Origin: Actinomycetes bacterium
GTDB taxonomy: Bacteria > Actinomycetota > Actinomycetes > Actinomycetales > Microbacteriaceae
Assembly: GCA_023390155.1 (NCBI GenBank)
Contig: JAEWDJ010000111.1
Coordinates: 1-62,549, forward strand
Direction: 5' to 3'
Length of the DNA: 62,549 nt
Both the position numbers and the translations under genes were made by a program. The first letter of the stretch is position 1; each line of letters opens with the position of its first letter. This document shows, piece after piece, positions 1 through 8,561 of this stretch. The notes beneath the pieces were generated by a model. The model was given only the letters and a program-made list of their open reading frames with translations, was not told where the DNA came from and made no database searches.

Positions 1-133
1 CCTCCCAGGCGGCGACCGCGGCCTGACCGGATCGCACCGAGGGGGGGCTCCGATGGTACGGAGCACCCCCTCGGTGATGGTATCCTCGTACGGTTGCCAA
101 AATCGTTCGGGCCTTCCGGCCAGGACCGGCTTC

Positions 134-205
<72 letters not shown>

Positions 206-235
206 CCGTCTCCCCGCCACACGGCGGGAGGCCGC

Positions 236-309
236 GGCGGGGTAGCTCAGGTGGTTAGAGCACACGGCTCATAATCGTGGTGTCGCGGGTTCGAGTCCCG
301 CCCTCGCTA
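236..309 (+). tRNA. tRNA-Met (CAT), probably elongator; likely ICE integration target
   Basis: GGCGGGG/CCTCGCT acceptor, anticodon arm CACGG-CTCATAA-TCGTG, T-arm GCGGG-TTCGAGT-CCCGC. The integrase 3' end lies about 100 bp downstream. Confidence 0.93.
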
Positions 310-329
310 CAACAGTTGAAAACACTGGG

Positions 330-358
330 AACGGCAGTCCGAAGCGGACTGCCGTTTC
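330..358. terminator. Intrinsic terminator-like hairpin between tRNA-Met and the convergent integrase
   Basis: AACGGCAGTCCG-aag-CGGACTGCCGTT, a perfect 12-bp stem. Confidence 0.75.
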
Positions 359-376
359 GTCATTTTCGGACCGACG

Positions 377-395
377 TGGACACAATTTGGACACA
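377..395. repeat. Direct repeat TGGACACA x2, candidate integrase arm-type sites
   Basis: TGGACACA at 377-384 and 388-395, between the tRNA and the integrase stop. Confidence 0.5.
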
Positions 396-415
396 CTTCA
401 AATCATCGAGGCGTG

Positions 416-1570
416 TCAGGGCGCCTTCGGGTGATCCGGTGTGGACGACGTGAGCGTGGTTGGACGCGCGTGATCGAGCGCGGACGAAGCGGCCTCATCC
501 AGCCGCTTCGCGACCTCGTCGAGATCATCGTTGAACAGGTCGGCGTAGACGTCGAGCGTCATGGCCGCCGACGCGTGGCCGAGCATTCGTTGGACTGCCT
601 TGACGTTCGCGCCGGCGGATATGGCAAGGCTCGCGGTTGTGTGGCGCAGGTCGTGGATCGTCATCGACGGGAGCCCGGCCGAGATCAAGGCTCGATCGAG
701 CCACGAATTCTCTCTGATCGTCGGCGTGGTTTGGTGTTGGCCGTAGCGCCCCGGGAAGACCAGGTCCTCCGAGCCCTTGCCCTCGATCGCCTCCGTCAAT
801 CCGGCGACCAGGAGACCGGGAAATGGAACGCTTCGGCGCTTGTGGGTCTTCGGTGATCCGACAATGACCTCACCTCGCACGAAGACGGCGTTCTCTACGA
901 CGTGAAGTCGCTGGCGACGTAGGTCCACGTCCTTCGTGCGGAGTGCGGTGGCCTCGCCCCAGCGGAGTCCGGTGTAGCCGAGAAGGAGAATCAAGGTTCG
1001 GTGCGATCCACTCGCGGTCGCCAGGCTGTCGAGCTGCCGATGGGAGAGGTAGCGATGCTCTCGTGAGACCTTGCGAGGGAGGTTTGCCCCTCGCGCAGGA
1101 TTCGATCCAATGCGGTGGTCGCGTACTGCCACGTCGAGAATTGCGGCGAGAATCCCGTAGCAGCGATGGACGAGTGCGGGTGACTTCGGCTTGCCGAACT
1201 CCTTCCCGCCGGCGCTGAGACCAGAGACCCAGACCTGGACGTCGCTGTGGCGGATGCCTCCGATGGCTCGATCTCCCCACGCGGGTAGCACGTGCAGGCG
1301 CCAAGCTGATTCGATGGCGGCCACGGACGACGGCTTGAGGTGCGTTTGCGAGTCGAGCCAGATGACGCCGAGTTCGCCGATGGTCACTCGAGCGGTGGAG
1401 GCGTCGATGTAGTCGCCGCGAGCCTTCTTCACCTCGACGGATGCCAGGAAAAGTTCGGCCTCGCGCTTGGTTGTGAAGCCGCGCTTACTCGCCTGGCGAT
1501 GATCGGGCTTGCGGTAGCGAACCCGGTACCGGCGTCCCTTTGCGCTCTCGTACGGCTCGACGCTCCCCAT
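416..1570 (-). CDS. int: Tyrosine recombinase/integrase with N-terminal arm-binding domain
   Basis: Motifs TGLRWGE, HDLRH and LGHASAAMTLDVY; N-terminal YRVRYR..KRGF. Start taken as the ATG at 1570 after GGAGG. Confidence 0.95.
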   Translation of the reverse strand: MGSVEPYESAKGRRYRVRYRKPDHRQASKRGFTTKREAELFLASVEVKKARGDYIDASTARVTIGELGVIWLDSQTHLKPSSVAAIESAWRLHVLPAWGDRAIGGIRHSDVQVWVSGLSAGGKEFGKPKSPALVHRCYGILAAILDVAVRDHRIGSNPARGANLPRKVSREHRYLSHRQLDSLATASGSHRTLILLLGYTGLRWGEATALRTKDVDLRRQRLHVVENAVFVRGEVIVGSPKTHKRRSVPFPGLLVAGLTEAIEGKGSEDLVFPGRYGQHQTTPTIRENSWLDRALISAGLPSMTIHDLRHTTASLAISAGANVKAVQRMLGHASAAMTLDVYADLFNDDLDEVAKRLDEAASSALDHARPTTLTSSTPDHPKAP

Positions 1571-1580
1571 GTGGTACCTC

Positions 1581-2165
1581 CTAGGCGGCAGTCCCGTCGC
1601 TGATGCCCGCGGTCGCGAGCAGTCCACTGACGCGGCGAGCTTCATCCAGGACCCGCTCGATTCGCCCGCGGACCTCGTCGTTCGAGGAGGTCAGGTCGGG
1701 ATCGCCCGATGCGTTGTGGACTTCGAGGACGATGTGGAGACGGTCGAGTTCACGGCGCAATGTCCCGAGCTCGCGCAGCGTGTTCAGGGTGTCGATGTCG
1801 GTCCGTTCGGCGGCGAGGCGTGGCCGGTATGAGCTGGCCGGCGTGGCGGAGAGCCAGCAGTCGAACTCGGCTGCCGTCATACCGTCGAAGTCGTCGCTGA
1901 GGTTGGGCAGGTCGAGGGGAGCGTTCGGTGACCCAAGCGGTGCGAGCAGGAACGATGCCGGCACGCCGAGAGCGCGGGCGATGTTCAAGAGCTGGCTGAC
2001 GCTGATGTCGGCCTTACGTCCCGACTCGATGTTCTCGAGTATGGCGGAGGTGACGTTGCCTCCAGGGATGGCGTCGGCGAGCTCTCGGGTGGTGCGGAAT
2101 CCGCGTTGGCGTCGGGCCAATTTGATGCGTCCGCCGAGGCTGGGTTCCGATCGAAAGTCCGTCAT
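1581..2165 (-). CDS. XRE-family HTH repressor
   Basis: LGGRIKLARRQRG..ELA..ILENIESGRK..LLNIARALGV; divergent from xis. Confidence 0.85.
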   Translation of the reverse strand: MTDFRSEPSLGGRIKLARRQRGFRTTRELADAIPGGNVTSAILENIESGRKADISVSQLLNIARALGVPASFLLAPLGSPNAPLDLPNLSDDFDGMTAAEFDCWLSATPASSYRPRLAAERTDIDTLNTLRELGTLRRELDRLHIVLEVHNASGDPDLTSSNDEVRGRIERVLDEARRVSGLLATAGISDGTAA

Positions 2166-2268
2166 ATCGACAGGCTAACTCTTTCAGGCTTGTCAAAGCA
2201 ACGATTGCACGCTACTGTCATCACAACAGATCAATAGCTCTCTAGTTGTCGAAACGGAGGAAATTGAG

Positions 2269-2466
2269 ATGACAGGAGAATTCATTCAGCCCGCCGATGT
2301 GGTCGAGCTGACCGGGCTCTCGCTCGCTGCGCTCGCGCAACTGCGATACCAGGGCAAGGGCCCGCGCTTCTACAAGCCGACCCCGCGCACCGTCCTCTAC
2401 AAGCGGGCGGAGGTGATCGCATGGCTGGAGGCGAGCGCGCAGACCAGGACCGGCGCGATGGTGTGA
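2269..2466 (+). CDS. Excisionase/AlpA-like HTH protein
   Basis: 65 aa, LAQLRYQGKGPRFYK..VLYKRAEVIAWLE; GGAGG RBS. Confidence 0.85.
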   Translation: MTGEFIQPADVVELTGLSLAALAQLRYQGKGPRFYKPTPRTVLYKRAEVIAWLEASAQTRTGAMV

Positions 2467-2570
2467 ATGTGCCGCTCGCAGGCGACCACGATCGCCGCGA
2501 CGAGTTCGTCGAGGGCTACCTCGTTCCGGTCGATCCGATGGATGACCTACAGTGCGAGAGCTGCCAGTAG
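2463..2570 (+). CDS. 35-aa peptide ending YLVPVDPMDDLQCESCQ (not in the ORF track)
   Basis: GTG overlaps the xis stop (GTGA). The C-terminus closely matches that of ORF 57402-57683. Confidence 0.65.
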   Translation: MNVPLAGDHDRRDEFVEGYLVPVDPMDDLQCESCQ

Positions 2571-2912
2571 AACAACGCGTTCACCTCGGCGCGTCACACG
2601 TCGACTACCCCTGTTCGGGGGTAGCGTCCGGCAGTAAGTGGAACTGCTCCATCTCGCCCCGCACATTGCGGCCCGCGGCTGCCGAATCGAGTCCGGGCGG
2701 CGGTGACGCATCGTGGCGAAGACGGAATCCCCCGACGTCGTCGTCATCCATTCATCATCCGTTCCAGGCACGCCCCGCAGGTCTCGCACCCGCGTGCCAT
2801 CTCTAAGCGCATCGCGTCCCACTGCGATAACGCATAGCTCCTGACGGGTCTACGACCCGAGCCCGAAACCTTCACAACAAGCCACACCTGACTAGGGGAA
2901 GGTCGTGATCCC

Positions 2913-3653
2913 GTGGCTGAGGGAAACCTTGTCGATGCAGTGCTCGATGAACGAGTCGGAGAATTGCTCCGCAACGTCGACGCCATGCGTCCCTTCGTCC
3001 GCTACCGCATGCGGACCCGTCCCGACGACGTCGACGTCGTCCTCCAATCGGTCCGCGAGACCGTCTGGCACCGCGGCAACGCATACGACCCCGCCAAGGG
3101 GACACCGAACGCGTTCGTCTTCGGCATCACCCGCAACGTCGTCCGCCGCGAACTCGGCAAGCATCTGCGCGAGACCGCAGAGCTGCCCGAAGAGATCGAG
3201 TCCACGTCCACACCGGACCCACTGGCCGTACTGGTGCGACGATTCGACGCCCACCGCTGGATGAGCCTGGTCGCCGACTTCGTCGGCCCAGCCGACTGGG
3301 CGGTGATCACCGAGATCGCACTCAGCGACGGCGACACCGAACACGTAGCCGAATGCCACCACCTCACCACCCGCGCACTCCGGTCTGTCCGCGACCGGGT
3401 CACCCTCACCGCCCACACCGTACGGGCCGCGCTCGCCGCGACCGACGCCAACCTGCCGATCACCGGTTCGGTGATCCTGCACTGTGTGCCCGAGCGCGGC
3501 GGCCTGCGCGAGGTCGCCGAGATGATCGGTGACGACGCCGACACGATCGCCGCGACCCTGCACATCCATCCCGGATCCGCGCGCGCTCGCATTGCGACGG
3601 CGAAACGTCTCCTGACGATCGCCCGCACGGTTCTCCTGCAGGAGGCGGCATGA
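2913..3653 (+). CDS. ECF/sigma-70 region 2-like regulator heading the transfer operon
   Basis: DVDVVLQSVRETVWH..YDPAKGTPNAFVFGITRN (region 2-like) plus two HTH-like segments; coupled to the next gene. Confidence 0.7.
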   Translation: MAEGNLVDAVLDERVGELLRNVDAMRPFVRYRMRTRPDDVDVVLQSVRETVWHRGNAYDPAKGTPNAFVFGITRNVVRRELGKHLRETAELPEEIESTSTPDPLAVLVRRFDAHRWMSLVADFVGPADWAVITEIALSDGDTEHVAECHHLTTRALRSVRDRVTLTAHTVRAALAATDANLPITGSVILHCVPERGGLREVAEMIGDDADTIAATLHIHPGSARARIATAKRLLTIARTVLLQEAA

Positions 3654-4762
3654 TCGGCGCCGGCGCGGCAGCGGGTGCCGCGGCGCACGCGGCCCGCCAC
3701 CCGACCGCAATCAGGAACCTGCTGATCATCGCATCGGTGCTGATCCTCGTCGTCCCTGTCTCGCTGGTCGCCCTGCCTGTGACGATGGTGCTCGCCATGG
3801 GCGCGGGGCTCTCTGGCGGTGGTGGGGGAGCATGCGGTGGCTCCGCGCCCACCGTGACCGCGAACCAGGCGATCGACGGGTATAGGACCGATCAGCTGAC
3901 GATCGCGGCGACGATCATCACCGTCGGCCAGCAGATGAACGTGCCCCCACAGGGGCAGGTCATCGCGGTGATGGTCGGCATGGGGGAGTCGGGCCTGCGC
4001 AACCTCGACCACGGCGACGCCGTCGACAACACCACCATCGGCGTCTTCCAACAGGGCGCCAGCTACGGGCCCCGCGAGGCGCGGATGGATCCCGCCACCG
4101 CGGCGGGCGCGTTCTACACACGCATGCTCCAGGTCCCGAACTGGCAGACGACCGAGCCCACCATCGTCGCCCACACTGTCCAGATCAACGCAGACCCCAA
4201 CCACTACACGCCCTTCCTGACCGCGGCCGAGCACGTCGTCGCGGCCCTGACCGGAAGCGCCGGAGGAACGTGCCAGGTGCCGGCCGACGCACGCGCCGCA
4301 GCAACCCTCCTCGTGACGGCGATCCAGGACGGCAAGCTCACCTTCCTCGAGCAGCGCTACCAGCAGCAGGTGCTGAACATGGCCGACGGAACCGCGACGC
4401 CAGACTGCAGCATCGACGCGCACGTGCTCCAGCTGATCGCCATCGCGGTCCAATCCTTCCAACAGGTCGGGGTCAGCGACCTCAACCGCCGCTGCACCGG
4501 CAGCACACCGGGCGCAGGCACCGCCTCCGCCCACTGGAAGGGCAAAGCGGTCGACTTCTACGCCCTCAACAAGCGCTCCCTCACGGGCGCCGACGACCTC
4601 TCCATCCAGCTCATCCACGCCCTCGACCCCTACGCCCCGCACGGCTCCTCACTCGGCCAGTCCGACTGCCGCACCAACGCCGGCATCCACCTGGGCGCGC
4701 TGACCAACTTCACCAGCGACTTCCCGGACACCTGCAACCACCAGCACATCCAGGTGCCCTGA
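3650..4762 (+). CDS. Conjugative cell-wall hydrolase: lysozyme-like domain plus M15-like Zn peptidase domain
   Basis: N-terminal TM; GESGLRNLDHGD..GVFQQ..RMDP; C-terminal SAHWKGKAVD and HQH. Confidence 0.7.
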   Translation: MIGAGAAAGAAAHAARHPTAIRNLLIIASVLILVVPVSLVALPVTMVLAMGAGLSGGGGGACGGSAPTVTANQAIDGYRTDQLTIAATIITVGQQMNVPPQGQVIAVMVGMGESGLRNLDHGDAVDNTTIGVFQQGASYGPREARMDPATAAGAFYTRMLQVPNWQTTEPTIVAHTVQINADPNHYTPFLTAAEHVVAALTGSAGGTCQVPADARAAATLLVTAIQDGKLTFLEQRYQQQVLNMADGTATPDCSIDAHVLQLIAIAVQSFQQVGVSDLNRRCTGSTPGAGTASAHWKGKAVDFYALNKRSLTGADDLSIQLIHALDPYAPHGSSLGQSDCRTNAGIHLGALTNFTSDFPDTCNHQHIQVP

Positions 4763-4844
4763 CCGAATTCACGAAATGCGCGCCAATCACGACTCGAACA
4801 CGGAACGTGCAAGCGAAGGCGCATACGAAACCGAGGTGAACACC

Positions 4845-5501
4845 ATGATCAAGAAGCTGACCGCCCTCGCAGCTGTCGCCTCCTGCCTCACCCTCGCCGG
4901 CTGCGCCGCACCCGCGGAACCCTCGCGTCATCACGGCTACACCGCGGTGGCACCTGCCACCCCCGAGCCCACCGCGACAGCCGATGCGATGCCGGCCGCC
5001 TCCGGCATCGTCGACACCGTCTGGATCGACGTCTACCCCGTCGCGGCGCTCACGGCCAAGCACGGGTGCCGCTGCACCCTGCCGGACTCGACCCAGGAAC
5101 TCTTCCCGGCCGGCTCCCCGGCGGTCCTGATCAAGGTCACTCTGACCGGCAAATGGACGCCCGCACAGGGCAACGCCACCACGCAGGACATCACCGGCAT
5201 CACCCTGACCGGCACCAAGTTCGACGGACGCCCAGAACCCGCCGTCCTCGCCACCGCCGACGGGCCTGCCGCAGCGAAAGCCGCAGGACTTCCATGGATG
5301 CCCGAAGGGCTCTTCACCGGCGGCGCCGCCTGGTCGATCCCCAACGACAAGAGCACCTCGTTCGCGACCGCCTGGTACCTGCCCGCCGGCGTCGACCAGC
5401 TCCTGCTGAAGGTCTACATCCCCGCCGAAGGCGAGGCCAACGAGCTCACCGTACCGTTGCCCTCCTCCGTACTTCACGCAGTGGGCGCGGGAGGCGAGTG
5501 A
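4845..5501 (+). CDS. Lipoprotein, unknown function
   Basis: Signal peptide MIKKLTALAAVASCLTLAG-C with a lipobox; GAGG RBS. Confidence 0.75.
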   Translation: MIKKLTALAAVASCLTLAGCAAPAEPSRHHGYTAVAPATPEPTATADAMPAASGIVDTVWIDVYPVAALTAKHGCRCTLPDSTQELFPAGSPAVLIKVTLTGKWTPAQGNATTQDITGITLTGTKFDGRPEPAVLATADGPAAAKAAGLPWMPEGLFTGGAAWSIPNDKSTSFATAWYLPAGVDQLLLKVYIPAEGEANELTVPLPSSVLHAVGAGGE

Positions 5502-5505
5502 GCGT

Positions 5506-5658
5506 ATGGACCTGATCACCAACCTCGTCGGCCTCGCCGCGATCGTCATCGCGTCCCTGGCCGGTATTGCTGGCATTGGCGTCCTCGCCGCCCGCCGCGC
5601 GAACTTGCCCACATCAACCACGAAGGACCAAACCGCTGAGAGGAACAACCACTCATGA
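5506..5658 (+). CDS. Small single-TM protein (50 aa)
   Basis: MDLITNLVGLAAIVIASLAGIAGIGVLAARR..; stop overlaps the next ATG. Confidence 0.55.
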   Translation: MDLITNLVGLAAIVIASLAGIAGIGVLAARRANLPTSTTKDQTAERNNHS

Positions 5659-5978
5659 ACACCATCTATGCCGCACTTGTCACCGCCCACGCCCGCGTTA
5701 TCCACATCTACTCGGTGGACAATCCTGTAGCCGATTTCACCGGTCCGGGTGTCTCGGCACTGCAGCGGATCGCGAACGTAACCTTCGCGATCGTTCTCAT
5801 CTGCGGCTTGATCGGCGGCCTCATCTCCGGCGGTGCCATCACCATCGGCCACCTCTCCAGCAACGGGACCGTCCAGAAGCGCGGCATCATCGGCGTGTTC
5901 GCGTGCATCGCTGGTGTCGCCGTCGCCGGGAGCGTTGCCGGGCTGATCAACTGGGGCCAGTCGCTCCACGTGGCCTGA
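5655..5978 (+). CDS. VirB2/pilin-like two-TM protein
   Basis: 107 aa with two hydrophobic helices; position in the T4SS operon. Confidence 0.65.
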   Translation: MNTIYAALVTAHARVIHIYSVDNPVADFTGPGVSALQRIANVTFAIVLICGLIGGLISGGAITIGHLSSNGTVQKRGIIGVFACIAGVAVAGSVAGLINWGQSLHVA

Positions 5979-5980
5979 TC

Positions 5981-7015
5981 ATGTTCGAGCTGGCCACGCA
6001 GGACCCGTTCTCGCCGAACTATGGCTGCTTCGTCTCCGACTTCGGCTGCCAAGCCTCCCAAGCCGTCGCCGGCTTCATGGGCTCCACCATCCGCAACCTC
6101 GGCGACTTCATCGCCACCATGATCGCCGGCTCCTTCAACACCAACATCGACCCCGGCAGCTGGGACATCGCCCACTCGCAATTCCTCTTCTGGGTCGCCG
6201 TCACCGCACCGGTCATCGTCATCATCGCCCTCGTCCAGATCGGCATCGCGATGATCATCCAGGACACCTCCCGGATCGGCCGCACCGCCGCCGGCGCCGC
6301 CCTCGCCATCCCGTTCAGCGCCATCTGCGTCTGGGGCATGCAGCAGTTCTCCGGCATCACCGACGACGTCACCCGCAACCTCACCACCAGCGTCCAAGGC
6401 GGCGCCCTCAGCGACGGACTCCTCCGCGTCGTCGGCATCTTCGACGCCCCCAAACAGCTCTCCGGCGCGGCCATGGCCAACGCCGAATTCAGCAAGGGTA
6501 GCGTCATCTATCTGATGGCCGCCCAGGGCGGACAGTCGCAGGGCGCCGTCGGCGAATACGTCCTGGCGCTCCTCATCGTCGGGCTCATGATGATCGCCTC
6601 CCTGTTCCTCTTCATCGCCATGTCCATCCGCGAATTCGGGCTCCTCGCCCTGGCCGCGATGGCTCCTGTCGGGCTGATGATGATCGGCCAGCCCAAGCTC
6701 ACCGTGTGGGCGCAGCGCTGGATGAGCCTGACCACCGGGCTCCTGATCGCCAAACCGCTCGCCGCCGGCGTCATCCTCCTCGCCGTCCAGCTGAGCAAGT
6801 CCAGCCAGTCCCTCGGCGTGATCCTGGTGGCCGCCGGCGCCGTGATCGTCGCCTCCTTCTCGCCGCTGTGGGCGACGAAGCTCGTCTCGTTCGCCGGCGC
6901 CGAAGTCGGCACCGCCCTCCATCACCGGTTCTCGGTCCGCGACCAAGTCTCCAGGGCCGGCACCGCCACAGCACCTGTGCGCTCCGCCGCACGCGTGATC
7001 AAGGTTGGGAGATAA
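5981..7015 (+). CDS. VirB6/TrbL-like polytopic membrane protein
   Basis: Multiple TM segments; start MFELATQD follows the pilin stop. Confidence 0.75.
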   Translation: MFELATQDPFSPNYGCFVSDFGCQASQAVAGFMGSTIRNLGDFIATMIAGSFNTNIDPGSWDIAHSQFLFWVAVTAPVIVIIALVQIGIAMIIQDTSRIGRTAAGAALAIPFSAICVWGMQQFSGITDDVTRNLTTSVQGGALSDGLLRVVGIFDAPKQLSGAAMANAEFSKGSVIYLMAAQGGQSQGAVGEYVLALLIVGLMMIASLFLFIAMSIREFGLLALAAMAPVGLMMIGQPKLTVWAQRWMSLTTGLLIAKPLAAGVILLAVQLSKSSQSLGVILVAAGAVIVASFSPLWATKLVSFAGAEVGTALHHRFSVRDQVSRAGTATAPVRSAARVIKVGR

Positions 7016-7018
7016 CCG

Positions 7019-8560
7019 ATGACCACCTTCACCGCCGACCAGCTCCTCACCGACGAAGGCGCACCCCGCGTCCGGTTCGCCGCCCGCGAGCGCCGCGGCG
7101 CCCTCCTCGGCCTGAGCTTCCTCCAGCTGACCGTCATCGGCTCGGCCGTCGCCGTCCTGCTGACGACCCTGTTCATCAACGCCAACGCCGTGTGGGTGAT
7201 GCTGCCCATCGCGCTCGTCGTCTGCTTCTTCGCCATCGCAACCTACCGGCGCGAACCGGTCCTGGCCATCGCCGCCCAAGCCGCCCGCTACCTCTACCGC
7301 ACCATCGCCGGGCAGACCACCTTCCGGCGGGACGTGTGGATGCGTGTCAGTCTCGCCTCCCTCAACGTTGGACAGGCGCACCTGGACGCGATCACCCCGA
7401 CCGTGACCTCCCGGTTCCTCCTCCCTGGCGCGCTCGGCGACGTGCAGATCATCCAAATCCCCGGCGCCGGGGCGTTCATCTACAACGCGCGCGGTCGCCT
7501 CGCCTCCGTCACCGTCCGGGTCGGATCCCGCGCGTGGGCGCTGCGCGACAAGGGCACCCAGGAGGCCGCCTACGACGGCTTCGTCGAATGGCTCAGCACC
7601 CTCGAGAACCTCCCCGGCGTCCGGGAGACCACGATCCGCATCCGCGTCGACCGTGCCTCATCCACGGAACTCCGCGACTACCTGATCGCCCGCGAAGATG
7701 AGTTCGACCCGCACGTCACCGCGGAGCTGCGGCAGGAGTACTGGGCGCTGACCCAGGCCGCGTCCAAGCGGTCGATGGGGTTCACCAACTACATCACTCT
7801 CACCTTCGACACCGGCGCCCTCAACGCCGCCATCCGCGATGGCGGCAAAGGACTCACCGGCCTCGCCGCCGTGCTCAAGGAGCGCGTCGCCGGGATCGAG
7901 ACCTCGATGGAGCACGCCCGCCTCACCCCGGCCGGATGGCTCACCGCCGACGAACTCGACGACCTCCTCGCCGTCTCCTCCGACCCCATCGCCGCCGCGG
8001 CCCGCCGCGAAGACGTCACCGCCCTCACCGGGACAGGCCAGCAGGCGCCCCCGGTGATGGGAATCGACGAGAGCTGGGACAGCATGCGCGTTGACGAGTC
8101 CTGGCACCAGACGTTCTGGGTCGCCGAATGGCCACGCACCGACGTCCGCACCGGGTTCCTGGAGCCGCTCCTCTACGCCGGCGATGCCACCCGGGTGATC
8201 ACCCTTCAGGTGCGCCCGATTCCCACGCACAAGGCGCTGGCCCAGGTGAACCGAGCCCAGTCCGACATGGAGACGGCCGCGACCATCCGGCTCAAGATGC
8301 AATCCCGAATCCCGCTCACCCACCTGCGCGAAGAGCAGGACCTCGCCACCCGAGAGCACGACCTCGTCGACGGCTTCGGCGACGTCGAATACCGCGGCTT
8401 CATCACCATCTCCGCCGAATCCAAGGACGGGCTGGCCAAGGCGCGAACCGACATCGAGCAGGCCTCGCACCCAGCCCGCCTCGTGCTCGCCTCCATGTCC
8501 GGGCAGCAAGCCGCCGGGTTCGTCACCGGCGCCCTCCCCGTCCCGATGGAAGGAGAGTGA
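7019..8560 (+). CDS. SCO6880-family (PrgI/VirB3-like) conjugation protein
   Basis: N-terminal RRGALLGLS plus a TM pair; HQTFWVAEWPR; lies directly upstream of the ATPase. Confidence 0.8.
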   Translation: MTTFTADQLLTDEGAPRVRFAARERRGALLGLSFLQLTVIGSAVAVLLTTLFINANAVWVMLPIALVVCFFAIATYRREPVLAIAAQAARYLYRTIAGQTTFRRDVWMRVSLASLNVGQAHLDAITPTVTSRFLLPGALGDVQIIQIPGAGAFIYNARGRLASVTVRVGSRAWALRDKGTQEAAYDGFVEWLSTLENLPGVRETTIRIRVDRASSTELRDYLIAREDEFDPHVTAELRQEYWALTQAASKRSMGFTNYITLTFDTGALNAAIRDGGKGLTGLAAVLKERVAGIETSMEHARLTPAGWLTADELDDLLAVSSDPIAAAARREDVTALTGTGQQAPPVMGIDESWDSMRVDESWHQTFWVAEWPRTDVRTGFLEPLLYAGDATRVITLQVRPIPTHKALAQVNRAQSDMETAATIRLKMQSRIPLTHLREEQDLATREHDLVDGFGDVEYRGFITISAESKDGLAKARTDIEQASHPARLVLASMSGQQAAGFVTGALPVPMEGE

Positions 8561-8561
8561 G

